Source: a virus (taxonomy: Duplodnaviria > Caudoviricetes). Taken from it: a stretch of DNA of 64,000 nt. This document shows, piece after piece, positions 37,115 through 46,979 of this stretch. The stretch is from positions 32,001 through 96,000 of IMG/VR virus record IMGVR_UViG_3300028171_000090. The stretch is one strand, 5' to 3'. The notes beneath the pieces were generated by a model that was given only the letters and a program-made list of their open reading frames with translations, had not been told where the DNA came from and did not search any database. Position numbers and translations under genes: made by a program. Within the stretch, counting starts at the first letter, position 1. Each line of letters opens with the position of its first letter.

Positions 37115-37780
37115 ATGAAAACAATGATAAAAGCATATAACGTACCAGGAGCACATTTAGTAGTTACGACAGGTGACTATTTGGCATTACATTCATATCT
37201 TACAAATATTGCAATGGGATTTATGACCGTAGCAAATAGAGAACATAATGTCGATGAAACTGTTATTTATTTTAATTCTAACAGAACGTGGGATCAGATA
37301 TTAGTATCTGCTGCCATGCATGACTTATCGAATGCTAGTCACTTTGCAAATAGAATAAAAGGTAAGAAAGATGTATTTGCTACAAGTGACCTATTCGTAC
37401 ACGATGACCCGATTAATATTATTTCAGGTAAATACCCTGGAGAGAAGAAACAGCATATCCGAGCTATCATTATCGACTTAAAAGTAATTGACGCTGCATG
37501 TATATCGACTACAAAAATTAAACGTCTTGTTGATTATGCATGGCAATTACAGGTTCCTGTAATTATCGGTATGGATTGTATAGACTATCCTTTAACTCCA
37601 TATGATATTAAGAATGATAAATGGGATAGTTCTCTTAAATCAGAGTTCTTATCTATTCTTGAAGATGTACAGTCACTTCATCATGTATTACATAATATGG
37701 ATACCCATGATGTTCATGTATATAAGAACCGAGCATTTAATTTAGATATCCACCATTTAGAAGATGCACTATACGTTTAA
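37115..37780 (+). CDS. Degenerate DnaB/RecA-fold protein 5
   Basis: PGAHLVVTT, VIYFNS, IRAIIID, AWQLQVPVIIG. Confidence 0.6.
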   Translation: MKTMIKAYNVPGAHLVVTTGDYLALHSYLTNIAMGFMTVANREHNVDETVIYFNSNRTWDQILVSAAMHDLSNASHFANRIKGKKDVFATSDLFVHDDPINIISGKYPGEKKQHIRAIIIDLKVIDAACISTTKIKRLVDYAWQLQVPVIIGMDCIDYPLTPYDIKNDKWDSSLKSEFLSILEDVQSLHHVLHNMDTHDVHVYKNRAFNLDIHHLEDALYV

Positions 37781-37800
37781 AATTTAACCTATAATTTAAC

Positions 37801-37819
37801 TATACATTATATAGGTGAG
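37801..37819 (+). promoter_or_regulatory. Putative early promoter for tubulin gene
   Basis: TATACATTATATAGGTGAG. Confidence 0.75.
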
Positions 37820-37940
37820 TCAATATAAAAAATATATTTAAGGAGTTGATTTTCTATGTAATTCTACATTACATGAAACAAAGTATTGTGGGAAAAACCT
37901 ACATATAAAAATATAATTAGACTGAGGAGAGAGAAATATT

Positions 37941-39056
37941 ATGACACTTAAAATTGGAGTAATCGGTATTGGATCAGCAGGGAATCAGTTAGCAAACTTA
38001 GCATCAGAAGCAGGCTTCGATGTAATTGCAATTAATAGTACTGAGGCTGACTTAATGACAATGAACGAATCAGTTGAAAAGATGCTTATTGGGGAAGACG
38101 GATGTGGGAAAGACCGCAATCGTGCCAAAGCATTTGTGAAACAAAAATATAAACCAATCATTGGTGATATACAAACACTTCTAGGCGAGTGCAACGTAAT
38201 CGTTGTAGCGGGTTCTACAGGTGGAGGTACAGGCTCAGGGATGATTCCGATTATGACGGATTTACTACGTTCCCTTGTAAAAGGTCCTGTATACTTAAAC
38301 GCATTAATCATTCCAAGTGTAAAAGAATCTCCAGTAGCTCAAAAGAATACAATTGAGTGTATGGCTGAGATTAAGAACTTGGACTTAGGTTATCTAATGT
38401 ATGATAACGAAACAGTGAAAGGTCCAATTACAGAAGTATTCAAAACAATCAACAATGCTTTTGTAAATGATCTGAAAGTATTCAGAGGTGACTTATGTGA
38501 AACAACTGCTTACGGTGTAATGGATGACCGTGACAGATTGAAATTAATTGGTTCGAAAGGACTTATCACAGTAAGTAAAGTCTCTGGTATTAAAGAGAAC
38601 TATTTAAATGATAGAGATGTAAACGAATTAATGATTACATCAATCAAAGGAAGTAACAATGTGGATATCGAACGTGATCGTGCAATCAAACGTGTCGGTG
38701 TAATCCATACATTGCCTGAATCATTATTAAAGACAATTGATAGCTATTACACGAAGATGAAAGAAGTATATGGTGAGCCATATGAAATCTTCGAACATAT
38801 CAATTGCATTGGAGAATCTGAAGCAGGTTCTATCGTAACAATTATGGCTGGAATGTCTTACCCTGCAACACGCATAGAGGACATAGCAGAGAAGTTAAAC
38901 AGCATGAAAGAAAACTTAACTCGTAGCCGCAAGGATAACCTGGGTGAAATCGCAGGTTCTTTAGACTGGTTAAATAGCGAGGAAGATGATACAACAATCA
39001 AAGATTTAAATGAAGAACCTGAGACAGATGCAGATTCTATCTTAGGAAATTATTAA
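37941..39056 (+). CDS. Phage tubulin/FtsZ-family GTPase (PhuZ/TubZ-like)
   Basis: GIGSAGNQ, AINST, GCGKD, GGGTGSG signature, acidic C-tail. Confidence 0.92.
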   Translation: MTLKIGVIGIGSAGNQLANLASEAGFDVIAINSTEADLMTMNESVEKMLIGEDGCGKDRNRAKAFVKQKYKPIIGDIQTLLGECNVIVVAGSTGGGTGSGMIPIMTDLLRSLVKGPVYLNALIIPSVKESPVAQKNTIECMAEIKNLDLGYLMYDNETVKGPITEVFKTINNAFVNDLKVFRGDLCETTAYGVMDDRDRLKLIGSKGLITVSKVSGIKENYLNDRDVNELMITSIKGSNNVDIERDRAIKRVGVIHTLPESLLKTIDSYYTKMKEVYGEPYEIFEHINCIGESEAGSIVTIMAGMSYPATRIEDIAEKLNSMKENLTRSRKDNLGEIAGSLDWLNSEEDDTTIKDLNEEPETDADSILGNY

Positions 39057-39141
39057 TTAGCTATTAATGTATAAGCACAGTGTAAGGGGAAGTGGACATC
39101 CATCCATTCCCCTTATAGGTGTATATAATTAATGAATATAT

Positions 39142-39153
39142 AACATATTACTA
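39142..39153 (+). promoter_or_regulatory. Putative AACA-N6-TA promoter
   Basis: AACATATTACTA. Confidence 0.5.
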
Positions 39154-39196
39154 ATGAAAACCAAATTAAAGGTATATAACCGAGGAGGAAATAAAA

Positions 39197-40162
39197 ATGT
39201 CAAACGCAATCAAAGCAATCTACAAATTGGATCAATTAGCTCAAAGAAAGGCTCCTAAGCACAAACGTAACCGCCGTGGTAATGGAAACGGATACGGTCA
39301 TGGTAGCCATAGCAGCATTCCTTTAAAGACTCTATTGAAAACAAAGACTTTAAAGAAAATCGATCGCGATGAATTAGTAGATGAGTTAGACGGTAACATG
39401 AAAGAGTTTAAATCAAACTTATTCAAATACTTCCAACAAGGATACTCTAAACTGTTTGAAGATATCGATGATATCGCAGATGTATTCTTAAACAACAAGT
39501 TCGCAAGAGCTTTAACTGACATCTGTAAAGATGAAGGTGACATTGATCCACTATTAGTATTCACTATCAGTGAATTACATTTAAAGAAAGTCTTCCAAGA
39601 TGATGAGAAAGTATTAAAACGTTACTTACAAGTAATCGCTGACTCAGAGGAAGATCGTATTAAGAAATTACGTAAAGTATTAAAAGTATCAAACTTAGAT
39701 GCTTTACTTATCATTCTATTAGCACAATCTTACAAAGGTTGCCCACGCCGATTCATGCGTGACCGCACTTACCAGTTCCTAAACGTTCTATACGAAGCAG
39801 TAGCTTCTGAAGAATTAGGATACAAAGATGTAGAGAAAGCAATCAAGATTGTGCATGGTCGTAACATGGAAGAATTCATGTTAACCGTATTATTAGAGAA
39901 AGCTCAAAACCGTAACAACTTAGATGACCTTGAAAAAGAAGGATTCGACTTAGTTACTGAGTGGGCTTTAAAAACAATGAATAAAATGGACAACGATGAG
40001 CGTCGTTCTATCTTGAAAGAGTACACAAAAGCTCGTAGACAGAACGCTCATGTGAAACGTCGTATTAACTTCATGCAATTAGATGGTGAAGAATACCGTC
40101 GTATCAAGTTAACAGTTGACCGTTTAGTACGTAACAACATTAGCAAAGATTTATTAAGCTAA
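39197..40162 (+). CDS. Helical-repeat hypothetical protein with basic N-terminal patch
   Basis: 321 aa, own promoter motif and terminator. Confidence 0.8.
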   Translation: MSNAIKAIYKLDQLAQRKAPKHKRNRRGNGNGYGHGSHSSIPLKTLLKTKTLKKIDRDELVDELDGNMKEFKSNLFKYFQQGYSKLFEDIDDIADVFLNNKFARALTDICKDEGDIDPLLVFTISELHLKKVFQDDEKVLKRYLQVIADSEEDRIKKLRKVLKVSNLDALLIILLAQSYKGCPRRFMRDRTYQFLNVLYEAVASEELGYKDVEKAIKIVHGRNMEEFMLTVLLEKAQNRNNLDDLEKEGFDLVTEWALKTMNKMDNDERRSILKEYTKARRQNAHVKRRINFMQLDGEEYRRIKLTVDRLVRNNISKDLLS

Positions 40163-40168
40163 TGAATT

Positions 40169-40209
40169 GATAGATATACCTTCGGGTATATCTATCTTTT
40201 ATTTTATTT
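40169..40209 (+). terminator. Intrinsic terminator (UUCG loop)
   Basis: GATAGATATACC-TTCG-GGTATATCTATC plus T-tract. Confidence 0.85.
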
Positions 40210-40244
40210 ATAACCCAAATTTTTTTGGAGAGGAGACTTATAAA

Positions 40245-40853
40245 ATGAAAGAATCAAAGCTAATCGATTACTCGATTAAGATAACAAACTATGCTGAGGA
40301 GGATATGATTGGTATACGGAATGCACTAGAGGACTCACTTACAAATGATAAATTGATTGTAGGTGTACGTGAAGCTTTTGTAAATAATACCAATGGAGGA
40401 CTATCGGAAAATGATCATTTTCGTCAATTAATGTCGATTCAATTTCTAATGGACAACTATCCGATATTTAAGAATTTAGAAAGTACTGATGCATTTGAAA
40501 TTATGAAAGTGATGATTGAGGTTATGGATTATGAGAAACGTGAGATATTAAAAGCGTATACATGTCAAGATAGATTATCCATGATAAAGAAAATGGATCA
40601 TTTCATTTATAAAATCAGTGGCACGATTACTGAAACAAGTATGACTGAAGTATTTCGCGCCGAACTTACTTCAGATATAGATGTGGTAGACCGTATGAAG
40701 CAGTTATCTATGGATAAGAATGTGTATATCGATATTATGATAAAACGTGCCGATAAATCTATAGGCAATGTCACTTTTAATAACGGGGTAGTATATAAAG
40801 ACGAACCTACCACTTATCAAATTAGATATCGTGAATTAACAGAAGTTAACTAA
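40245..40853 (+). CDS. Paralog family B member 1
   Basis: Start moved to ATG 40245; QFLMDNY, DVVDRMKQLS. Confidence 0.7.
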   Translation: MKESKLIDYSIKITNYAEEDMIGIRNALEDSLTNDKLIVGVREAFVNNTNGGLSENDHFRQLMSIQFLMDNYPIFKNLESTDAFEIMKVMIEVMDYEKREILKAYTCQDRLSMIKKMDHFIYKISGTITETSMTEVFRAELTSDIDVVDRMKQLSMDKNVYIDIMIKRADKSIGNVTFNNGVVYKDEPTTYQIRYRELTEVN

Positions 40854-40871
40854 TAATAAGGGGGATATAAA

Positions 40872-41489
40872 ATGAAAACATCAAATGCAAAAAGATATCA
40901 TGTTACTGTAGAGGAGCATGAATCATACGATGATACACATATACTACGTGCGGCTCAAGATGTATTAATGGATGATAGACTAATACTAGAAATGAAGGAT
41001 AGATATATAAATACCTTACAGGATAAAGAGTCTACCAATGAACGTCAGATAGAAATAGTATGTATGCAATATCTTATGGACAATTACGTTCAATTTAAAT
41101 CTATGCCTGTAGAGGAAGCATTAACTACTATTAAGGAAGAAAAATTACCAAAACTATGGATGAGAGAATTTTTAGAATTACAAAATAAATCAATACTTAA
41201 CCAAACACCGTTTCTAGATACAATCAATGAATTTATTGATTTAATTGACGGTAAGGTTGTAAGTGATGTATTTAGATATAGAGTTGATTTATATACGGAT
41301 GCTGATGTGGTAGCTCGAATGACAGAGTTATCTAAGATTCATTATCTATATGTCATGGTTGAAACTGAGCATGAGGATGGCACAAAGACTATACTACATT
41401 ACGATAATGGCTCAATTTATAATCATGAAGTTGTACAGCATTCGGTTAGAATGAGAGATTTATTTACTATTATTAAGGGAGAGAAATAA
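40872..41489 (+). CDS. Paralog family B member 2
   Basis: QYLMDNY, DVVARMTELS. Confidence 0.75.
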   Translation: MKTSNAKRYHVTVEEHESYDDTHILRAAQDVLMDDRLILEMKDRYINTLQDKESTNERQIEIVCMQYLMDNYVQFKSMPVEEALTTIKEEKLPKLWMREFLELQNKSILNQTPFLDTINEFIDLIDGKVVSDVFRYRVDLYTDADVVARMTELSKIHYLYVMVETEHEDGTKTILHYDNGSIYNHEVVQHSVRMRDLFTIIKGEK

Positions 41490-41490
41490 A

Positions 41491-42129
41491 ATGACAAGAT
41501 TAATGATTCAAGATATTTTCGAAAGTAAGATTATTATAACAGGAGATTCAAAAGAGCAGTTACAGCAGGCTAAAGAAGAAATAGCCGGATTTGCAGGCTC
41601 ACGTGAATTGGATGAACTATTACTTACTAATTTACGTAATAGGATTGTTAGAAAGACAAATAAAGGATACCCTATTTCAGATATACGTGATCTTGCAGTT
41701 GCAACACATTATATCACATCACGTTATCGATTATTCTATGAAATAGAGAACGTTGACTTAGCTATTAAGATGGCTACCCATATGATAAATATTGCAGATG
41801 AAGAAGAGAGTATGATTCATATTGATAGAATGAGACCACGCTTTGATCCAGTACGATTTGTACATAAATTAGATACTGTACTGGAATTACTGGAAGGCAA
41901 AGTTGTCGATACTGAAGCAGGTTGTATTATTATTGATACCTATACTGCACAAGATATGTCATCTGCTGTAAAAAATATATCGGCACAATACCCTGATTTA
42001 GAATGTAAAATAAATTGGGTTGAAGGTAACATTGGTAAATTTACAAAATGGTTTAAAGGTGGAGAAGAGTTTACGCCTAAGTTGGTAAAACTTGTTCCAT
42101 CAAAAGAAAGACGTGCAAACTTTAAATAA
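41491..42129 (+). CDS. Paralog family B member 3
   Basis: LRNRIVRKTN, HYITSRY, VKNISAQYP. Confidence 0.7.
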   Translation: MTRLMIQDIFESKIIITGDSKEQLQQAKEEIAGFAGSRELDELLLTNLRNRIVRKTNKGYPISDIRDLAVATHYITSRYRLFYEIENVDLAIKMATHMINIADEEESMIHIDRMRPRFDPVRFVHKLDTVLELLEGKVVDTEAGCIIIDTYTAQDMSSAVKNISAQYPDLECKINWVEGNIGKFTKWFKGGEEFTPKLVKLVPSKERRANFK

Positions 42130-42158
42130 AAGACTAGGACTTCCTAGTCTTCTTTTTT
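42130..42158 (+). terminator. Intrinsic terminator
   Basis: AAGACTAGG-ACTT-CCTAGTCTT plus T-tract. Confidence 0.75.
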
Positions 42159-42177
42159 GACGAATTAATAATACTAA

Positions 42178-42189
42178 AACAAGTAATTA
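42178..42189 (+). promoter_or_regulatory. Putative AACA-N6-TA promoter
   Basis: AACAAGTAATTA. Confidence 0.5.
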
Positions 42190-42215
42190 TAAAAGATAAT
42201 AAGGGAGAGAGTATA

Positions 42216-42839
42216 ATGACAATCACTAACATTTACTTTGACACAGAATTTACAGGATTACATATGGGGACTACACTTATTTCAATTGGATTGATTGCTG
42301 AGAATGGCAGTCAATTCTATGCTGAATTAACTGATTATGATTATTCTCAAATTGATGAATGGTTAGAGAAGAATGTAATCCAGAACTTATTATTACAGAA
42401 CTTAAACGATGGACAAACAATCAAGAAAGCATCAGGAGTTGTAGCTAAAGGGGATAAGCTACACGTACGTAAAGAACTATGTTCCTGGTTAAGTGATATG
42501 TCTGGAGAAATCCAATTCGTATCAGATGTATCCCATTTTGATTTCGCACTATTACTAGATTTACTATCTGATAATATCTTTGATATTCCAGACCGTATTA
42601 GTAAAACATGTGTAGACTTAAATGAGATTATTGCAGAGTACATGGGGATTAGTCCGAAGGAAGCATTTGATAAATGTAGAGAGGACTTACTTACTTTTGC
42701 AATTGAAGGATTCTCAGAAGATAACAAACATAACGCTCTATATGATGCATTAGTAATCAAAGCGATTTATGAAACTCGTCCGATTACTTGTATGCGTTCT
42801 AGTGATTATGAAGCAATGCTGAAGAAGGTTGGAAAATAA
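42216..42839 (+). CDS. DEDDh 3'-5' exonuclease
   Basis: YFDTEFTG, LISIGL, SDVSHFDF, HNALYDA. Confidence 0.88.
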   Translation: MTITNIYFDTEFTGLHMGTTLISIGLIAENGSQFYAELTDYDYSQIDEWLEKNVIQNLLLQNLNDGQTIKKASGVVAKGDKLHVRKELCSWLSDMSGEIQFVSDVSHFDFALLLDLLSDNIFDIPDRISKTCVDLNEIIAEYMGISPKEAFDKCREDLLTFAIEGFSEDNKHNALYDALVIKAIYETRPITCMRSSDYEAMLKKVGK

Positions 42840-42859
42840 TAACATTTTACAATCAATCT

Positions 42860-42871
42860 AACAATTTATTG
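42860..42871 (+). promoter_or_regulatory. Putative AACA-N6-TG promoter
   Basis: AACAATTTATTG followed by a hairpin. Confidence 0.5.
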
Positions 42872-42931
42872 AGCGAAAGGATTCGCTGACTAGAAATATA
42901 AAAAATATAACTATCAAGGGAGAGATTTATT

Positions 42932-44029
42932 ATGCTACGCATTATTAACTTTGGAAAGAAAACATTCAAACAAAAAGGTTGGGACTACGATAAAAACAAT
43001 CCTAAGTTCCCAGCATTCTGGACAGCGAATCATACAATTGGGGAAGACAAAAAAGAAGTGGTTAAAAACACATTTGTCTCAGTCGGTACAGCAGCTAAGG
43101 AAGCATTTCCAAATGGAGCTTTCAATTATACTAAGCTGAAGGTTGTATTCAATAAGCAAGGACGTCCAGTTATCGGTATTAAAAAGGATAATGAAAAAGA
43201 TGACAATACATATGCGTTAATCAGTTTCTATACTGATGTAAACGAACGCATCATGGACATCCGTACGGATTCCGATATCGATGTTTATTTCTACGGTATC
43301 TTTAGTCATGATACTAAAGAAGGAAATCGCAATAATAAATATCGTAAACAATTCATTGCAATTGTAAATATGAAAACGAATCCAAATAATAAAATTGAAG
43401 TTATTACTGAAGATATGAAGAAAAAGCAGCAGTTCTCTCATGTAGTAACAGCAGGTAGTGAACCGAAGGTTACTCGTTTAAAAGAGAAACTAGAAGATAC
43501 TGCAAAAGCATTATTTACATTAACAAAAGCTGACGGTACAAAAGTAAAACCGGCATTACCAAAGCCTAAGAAAGTAAAAGCGGCTTCTAGATATGGTAAA
43601 GCTAATGGTAAACGACCAGTAGATAAGAAACCATTTGGTAAACCGGCAGCAAAACCAACACCTCGTGACGGCAAATGGCGTACAGGACAAGGTCAAGGTA
43701 AACCATTCGTTAAACGTGATGGAGCTAAATCAACTGAATCTCGCCACCCTCAAAACAAAGGTGTGCGAGTAAACAATAAACAAAAGAATCCAGGAACTGG
43801 ATTTAACATTGCAATTACAAACAAACAAAACTTTGGTAAAGTGTTAGATCACTTCAAAGGTAAAGTAACAGTTATTGCAGTAGACGCTGCGAAGAAAACA
43901 ATCAAAGGTGCACATCCAAATACAAACATCTTTATCGATGAGACTATTTCAATGGATAAGTTTCTACCTGTTCTCGAACAACTAAATAGAACAGATATGA
44001 CTAGCATCAAGATGATTAAGTTAGTATAA
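42932..44029 (+). CDS. Hypothetical protein with long K/P/G/R-rich linker
   Basis: 365 aa; KPALPKPKKVKAASRYGKANGKRPVDKKPFGKPAAK segment. Confidence 0.75.
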   Translation: MLRIINFGKKTFKQKGWDYDKNNPKFPAFWTANHTIGEDKKEVVKNTFVSVGTAAKEAFPNGAFNYTKLKVVFNKQGRPVIGIKKDNEKDDNTYALISFYTDVNERIMDIRTDSDIDVYFYGIFSHDTKEGNRNNKYRKQFIAIVNMKTNPNNKIEVITEDMKKKQQFSHVVTAGSEPKVTRLKEKLEDTAKALFTLTKADGTKVKPALPKPKKVKAASRYGKANGKRPVDKKPFGKPAAKPTPRDGKWRTGQGQGKPFVKRDGAKSTESRHPQNKGVRVNNKQKNPGTGFNIAITNKQNFGKVLDHFKGKVTVIAVDAAKKTIKGAHPNTNIFIDETISMDKFLPVLEQLNRTDMTSIKMIKLV

Positions 44030-44093
44030 TCTGTGAAGCTAGGCACTCATGTGTCTAGCTTTATATTATTTTTTCTTAGGAGGAAAAGAGGAT

Positions 44094-45380
44094 ATGCAAT
44101 TATATAACACAGCTGGTCAAAGTAAACTAGCAGACATGTTTCGAGCAGAAACTCGTAAATCAAAAGACCCTAGTATGTCATCTGAAGTAGATGTAGCTAT
44201 TGGGTATCCTACAACATTCTTACCATTAGATTTTAAGAATGGTATGTACAACACGATTGACAACATAGTAGATGGCGGTTCTTATCAGAACCAATGTTTA
44301 GGGATTGGTGACGGTACAATTGTAATGTGTATCGGTAAAGCAGGTACAGCTAAAACAACGTTCGCTGTACAAGCAGCTACTTCGATTGTAGCACCATATC
44401 CTAACTCCGTAATTATACATGAAGACTTAGAACGTGGTTCTTCTAAATCACGTATTCAGAACGTATCTGGTTGGACACCAGCTATGGTTCAGCATCGTTA
44501 CATCTTACGACAACAAGGGATTACAGCAGAGAGCTTCTATGAGCGTGTTAAAATCCACTGTAATCAGAAGATGGAAGCGGCAGCGAAAATGCCTGAAGAG
44601 TTTACATACTTTACAGGATTATTTAATTCATACGGTAAACCGATTTATAAAATTATCCCTTCAGTAATTATTTTGGATTCACTTCCATTATTAATGCCGA
44701 AGGACTTAACGGAAGAAGAGAAGTTAGCAGGACAAATGAGTACAACTTCTCAAGCAAAAACAAATGCTCGTATCTTCCGTACGATTGCGCCTGACTTAGC
44801 AAAAGCAAACGTAATCTTATTTGTGGTTAACCACATCAACCAAAACGTAAATATTTCTAATATGCCTAAAGCAGCACAAATCAACTACCTGAAACAAGAT
44901 GAAACATTACCAGGTGGTCACATGGCATTATACTTATCAAATAACATCATCAAGTTCACTACAAGCACGAAGTTAACTGATGAGAAAGAGTTCGGTATTA
45001 ACGGATTCTACAGTAAAGTACAGCTAGTTAAATCACGTACAAACCGTGCAGGTCAAGAAGTTAAGATGGTCTACAACCAAGATTATGGATTCGACCGGAT
45101 GCTTACAAACTTCGTGACTCTGAAAGAGGCGGGAGCAATACGTGGTTCTGGTTGGTATTACTTCGATGGCTTAGAACATATGAAGTTCCAACAGAAAGGC
45201 TTCCTGAAGAAGTTCTACGAAGAACCAATCATGAGAGAAGCAATGAGAGATTTAAGCTTAGAGGTATTCAATACATATATTCCGAAACATGATTTAGGTT
45301 CTTCTACAGACATGTCAGTGGATGATGTAATGGCGAATATCGTATCAGCGTACAACGATCCAAGTGAGTTCGCTGCATAA
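44094..45380 (+). CDS. recA: RecA/UvsX-like recombinase
   Basis: Walker A GKAGTAKT, EDLERG, VIILDSLP, LFVVNHI, PGG; start moved to ATG 44094. Confidence 0.88.
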   Translation: MQLYNTAGQSKLADMFRAETRKSKDPSMSSEVDVAIGYPTTFLPLDFKNGMYNTIDNIVDGGSYQNQCLGIGDGTIVMCIGKAGTAKTTFAVQAATSIVAPYPNSVIIHEDLERGSSKSRIQNVSGWTPAMVQHRYILRQQGITAESFYERVKIHCNQKMEAAAKMPEEFTYFTGLFNSYGKPIYKIIPSVIILDSLPLLMPKDLTEEEKLAGQMSTTSQAKTNARIFRTIAPDLAKANVILFVVNHINQNVNISNMPKAAQINYLKQDETLPGGHMALYLSNNIIKFTTSTKLTDEKEFGINGFYSKVQLVKSRTNRAGQEVKMVYNQDYGFDRMLTNFVTLKEAGAIRGSGWYYFDGLEHMKFQQKGFLKKFYEEPIMREAMRDLSLEVFNTYIPKHDLGSSTDMSVDDVMANIVSAYNDPSEFAA

Positions 45381-45385
45381 TACCT

Positions 45386-45420
45386 GTGGGTGACTTAATT
45401 GTCACCCGCTTTTATTTTTT
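45386..45420 (+). terminator. Intrinsic terminator
   Basis: GTGGGTGAC-N6-GTCACCCGC plus T-tract. Confidence 0.8.
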
Positions 45421-45444
45421 ACTAAAAAGAAAGAAGGTGTCTCT

Positions 45445-45750
45445 ATGTTTTATCATACAAAACTAAAGATAGCAAAATTTATATGGAAGCACAAGATGGA
45501 GCGTTCTGCGATTTCAGCTATGATAAAGTTACAGGATAAACATGGAGGTTTAATCAGACCTACAGTTTATAAGCAAGTACAAAATCAATATAGATCAATA
45601 TTTACTTTAGTACGTCATCAAATGTTGACAGATGAGATAAAGAAAATGTCTATAAATGAAATAATAAAATCATTTCCAATGCAACCAAATGATTATCATA
45701 ACTTTATTATGAGAGATTATGATAAACGCATGGAACTATTTAAGCAATAA
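45445..45750 (+). CDS. Basic hypothetical protein
   Basis: 101 aa, RBS. Confidence 0.65.
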   Translation: MFYHTKLKIAKFIWKHKMERSAISAMIKLQDKHGGLIRPTVYKQVQNQYRSIFTLVRHQMLTDEIKKMSINEIIKSFPMQPNDYHNFIMRDYDKRMELFKQ

Positions 45751-45774
45751 GGGATATTCCCTTATTGTCTTTTA
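45744..45774 (+). terminator. Hairpin/terminator
   Basis: GCAATAAGGGA-TAT-TCCCTTATTGT plus CTTTT. Confidence 0.6.
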
Positions 45775-45797
45775 TTAAGTCAAAGGGAGAGTTGGCT

Positions 45798-46424
45798 ATG
45801 AAATTAGACCCAAATACATTAAACTATTCTCAACGAGAAGCTTTTGATCAGTTATTACACCTCTGCTGGTATCACAAACCTAGCATGTTTACTACAGGTA
45901 AAACACGTGCAAGCAATGTTACTTCTTTAGCATATTATCTACATAACCATAGTAAGGGTAGACTAAGCTGGGAAGCAGCATGTGAAGTTGCAGAGGTTTG
46001 GTTTAATATACAATTAGAAATACCAATACATGATTGGGGATTTGAAATATATACTGATAATAAATATGAATTTTTAAAAGCTTGTCAACCTAGTAGTGTT
46101 ATGAATAATAGAACTGGGTTAGAAAAGAGAACTGAAAACATAGTTTTAAAAGGATTACCTACACAACACTTTTACAATTCCTCTTGTCAGGAAATGCCTG
46201 ATAAAGAGCCTAAACTAATTGTGGTATTAGAAAAAATAGAGATAAATGAATTAATATATGAGAGAGAGAAGGAGAATTATTATGTGGACAGCAGGAAAGA
46301 ATATCTTATGTATGACCATATGGCTTATCAGCCGAGACGTAACTGTCTCCGTCATGAGTACACAATACATATCTTTGAAGGATGTAGAGATAGATATGAG
46401 CTATTCCAAGGGGAAGGGATTTGA
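45798..46424 (+). CDS. Hypothetical; paralog of 46421..46963, weak member of array family A
   Basis: QREAF..LAYYLH vs QKEAF..WAYTLH; C-terminal YTIHIF; start moved to ATG 45798. Confidence 0.65.
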   Translation: MKLDPNTLNYSQREAFDQLLHLCWYHKPSMFTTGKTRASNVTSLAYYLHNHSKGRLSWEAACEVAEVWFNIQLEIPIHDWGFEIYTDNKYEFLKACQPSSVMNNRTGLEKRTENIVLKGLPTQHFYNSSCQEMPDKEPKLIVVLEKIEINELIYEREKENYYVDSRKEYLMYDHMAYQPRRNCLRHEYTIHIFEGCRDRYELFQGEGI

Positions 46425-46963
46425 GTCATATGTTCGTATACGATGATCACATTCAACAATTTAACAAATTTCAGAAAGAGGCATTCTTACCTCTAATGCA
46501 TTATCTACCAGATATAACTTCCCGTAGATCGGAACAGACCACAGCTATTATAAATCAATGGGCATATACATTACATGGAAGATGTGAAGCATTTTTACCA
46601 ATGTATGACGCGCACTATATTGCTGAGCGTTTATATCCATTGACAATTAGTAATAGTATTAATATTGTACCGATATTAATGGATAGAAAGTTCATGTTAG
46701 AATCGGGTATTCCAGGTCCACGTTCAACAAATTTATCGGATAGAGTGGATACTTGGTGTATTTATGGTGGTAGTGTAGATTGTTTCTATAATGGGAATAT
46801 TCCAGAGAATGATAGAGGTCCTATTGCATTTATTACACGAGCATTTTCAAATGTTAATACAATAGAGTTTAGTCTTCCATATCCTGTCGGAAAATTGAAA
46901 CCGGTTGAGCATCGACGTCCGATGTATTTCTTATACATATACGTACCACCTAAAATGAAGTGA
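46421..46963 (+). CDS. Array family A member
   Basis: TWCIYGG ... FLYIYVP. Confidence 0.7.
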   Translation: MSHMFVYDDHIQQFNKFQKEAFLPLMHYLPDITSRRSEQTTAIINQWAYTLHGRCEAFLPMYDAHYIAERLYPLTISNSINIVPILMDRKFMLESGIPGPRSTNLSDRVDTWCIYGGSVDCFYNGNIPENDRGPIAFITRAFSNVNTIEFSLPYPVGKLKPVEHRRPMYFLYIYVPPKMK

Positions 46964-46979
46964 AAGGGAGAGTTTTATT

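Noticed and set aside
39197-40162. Chimallin (nuclear shell) call
   Set aside because: About half the expected length with no recognisable similarity; proximity to tubulin is insufficient
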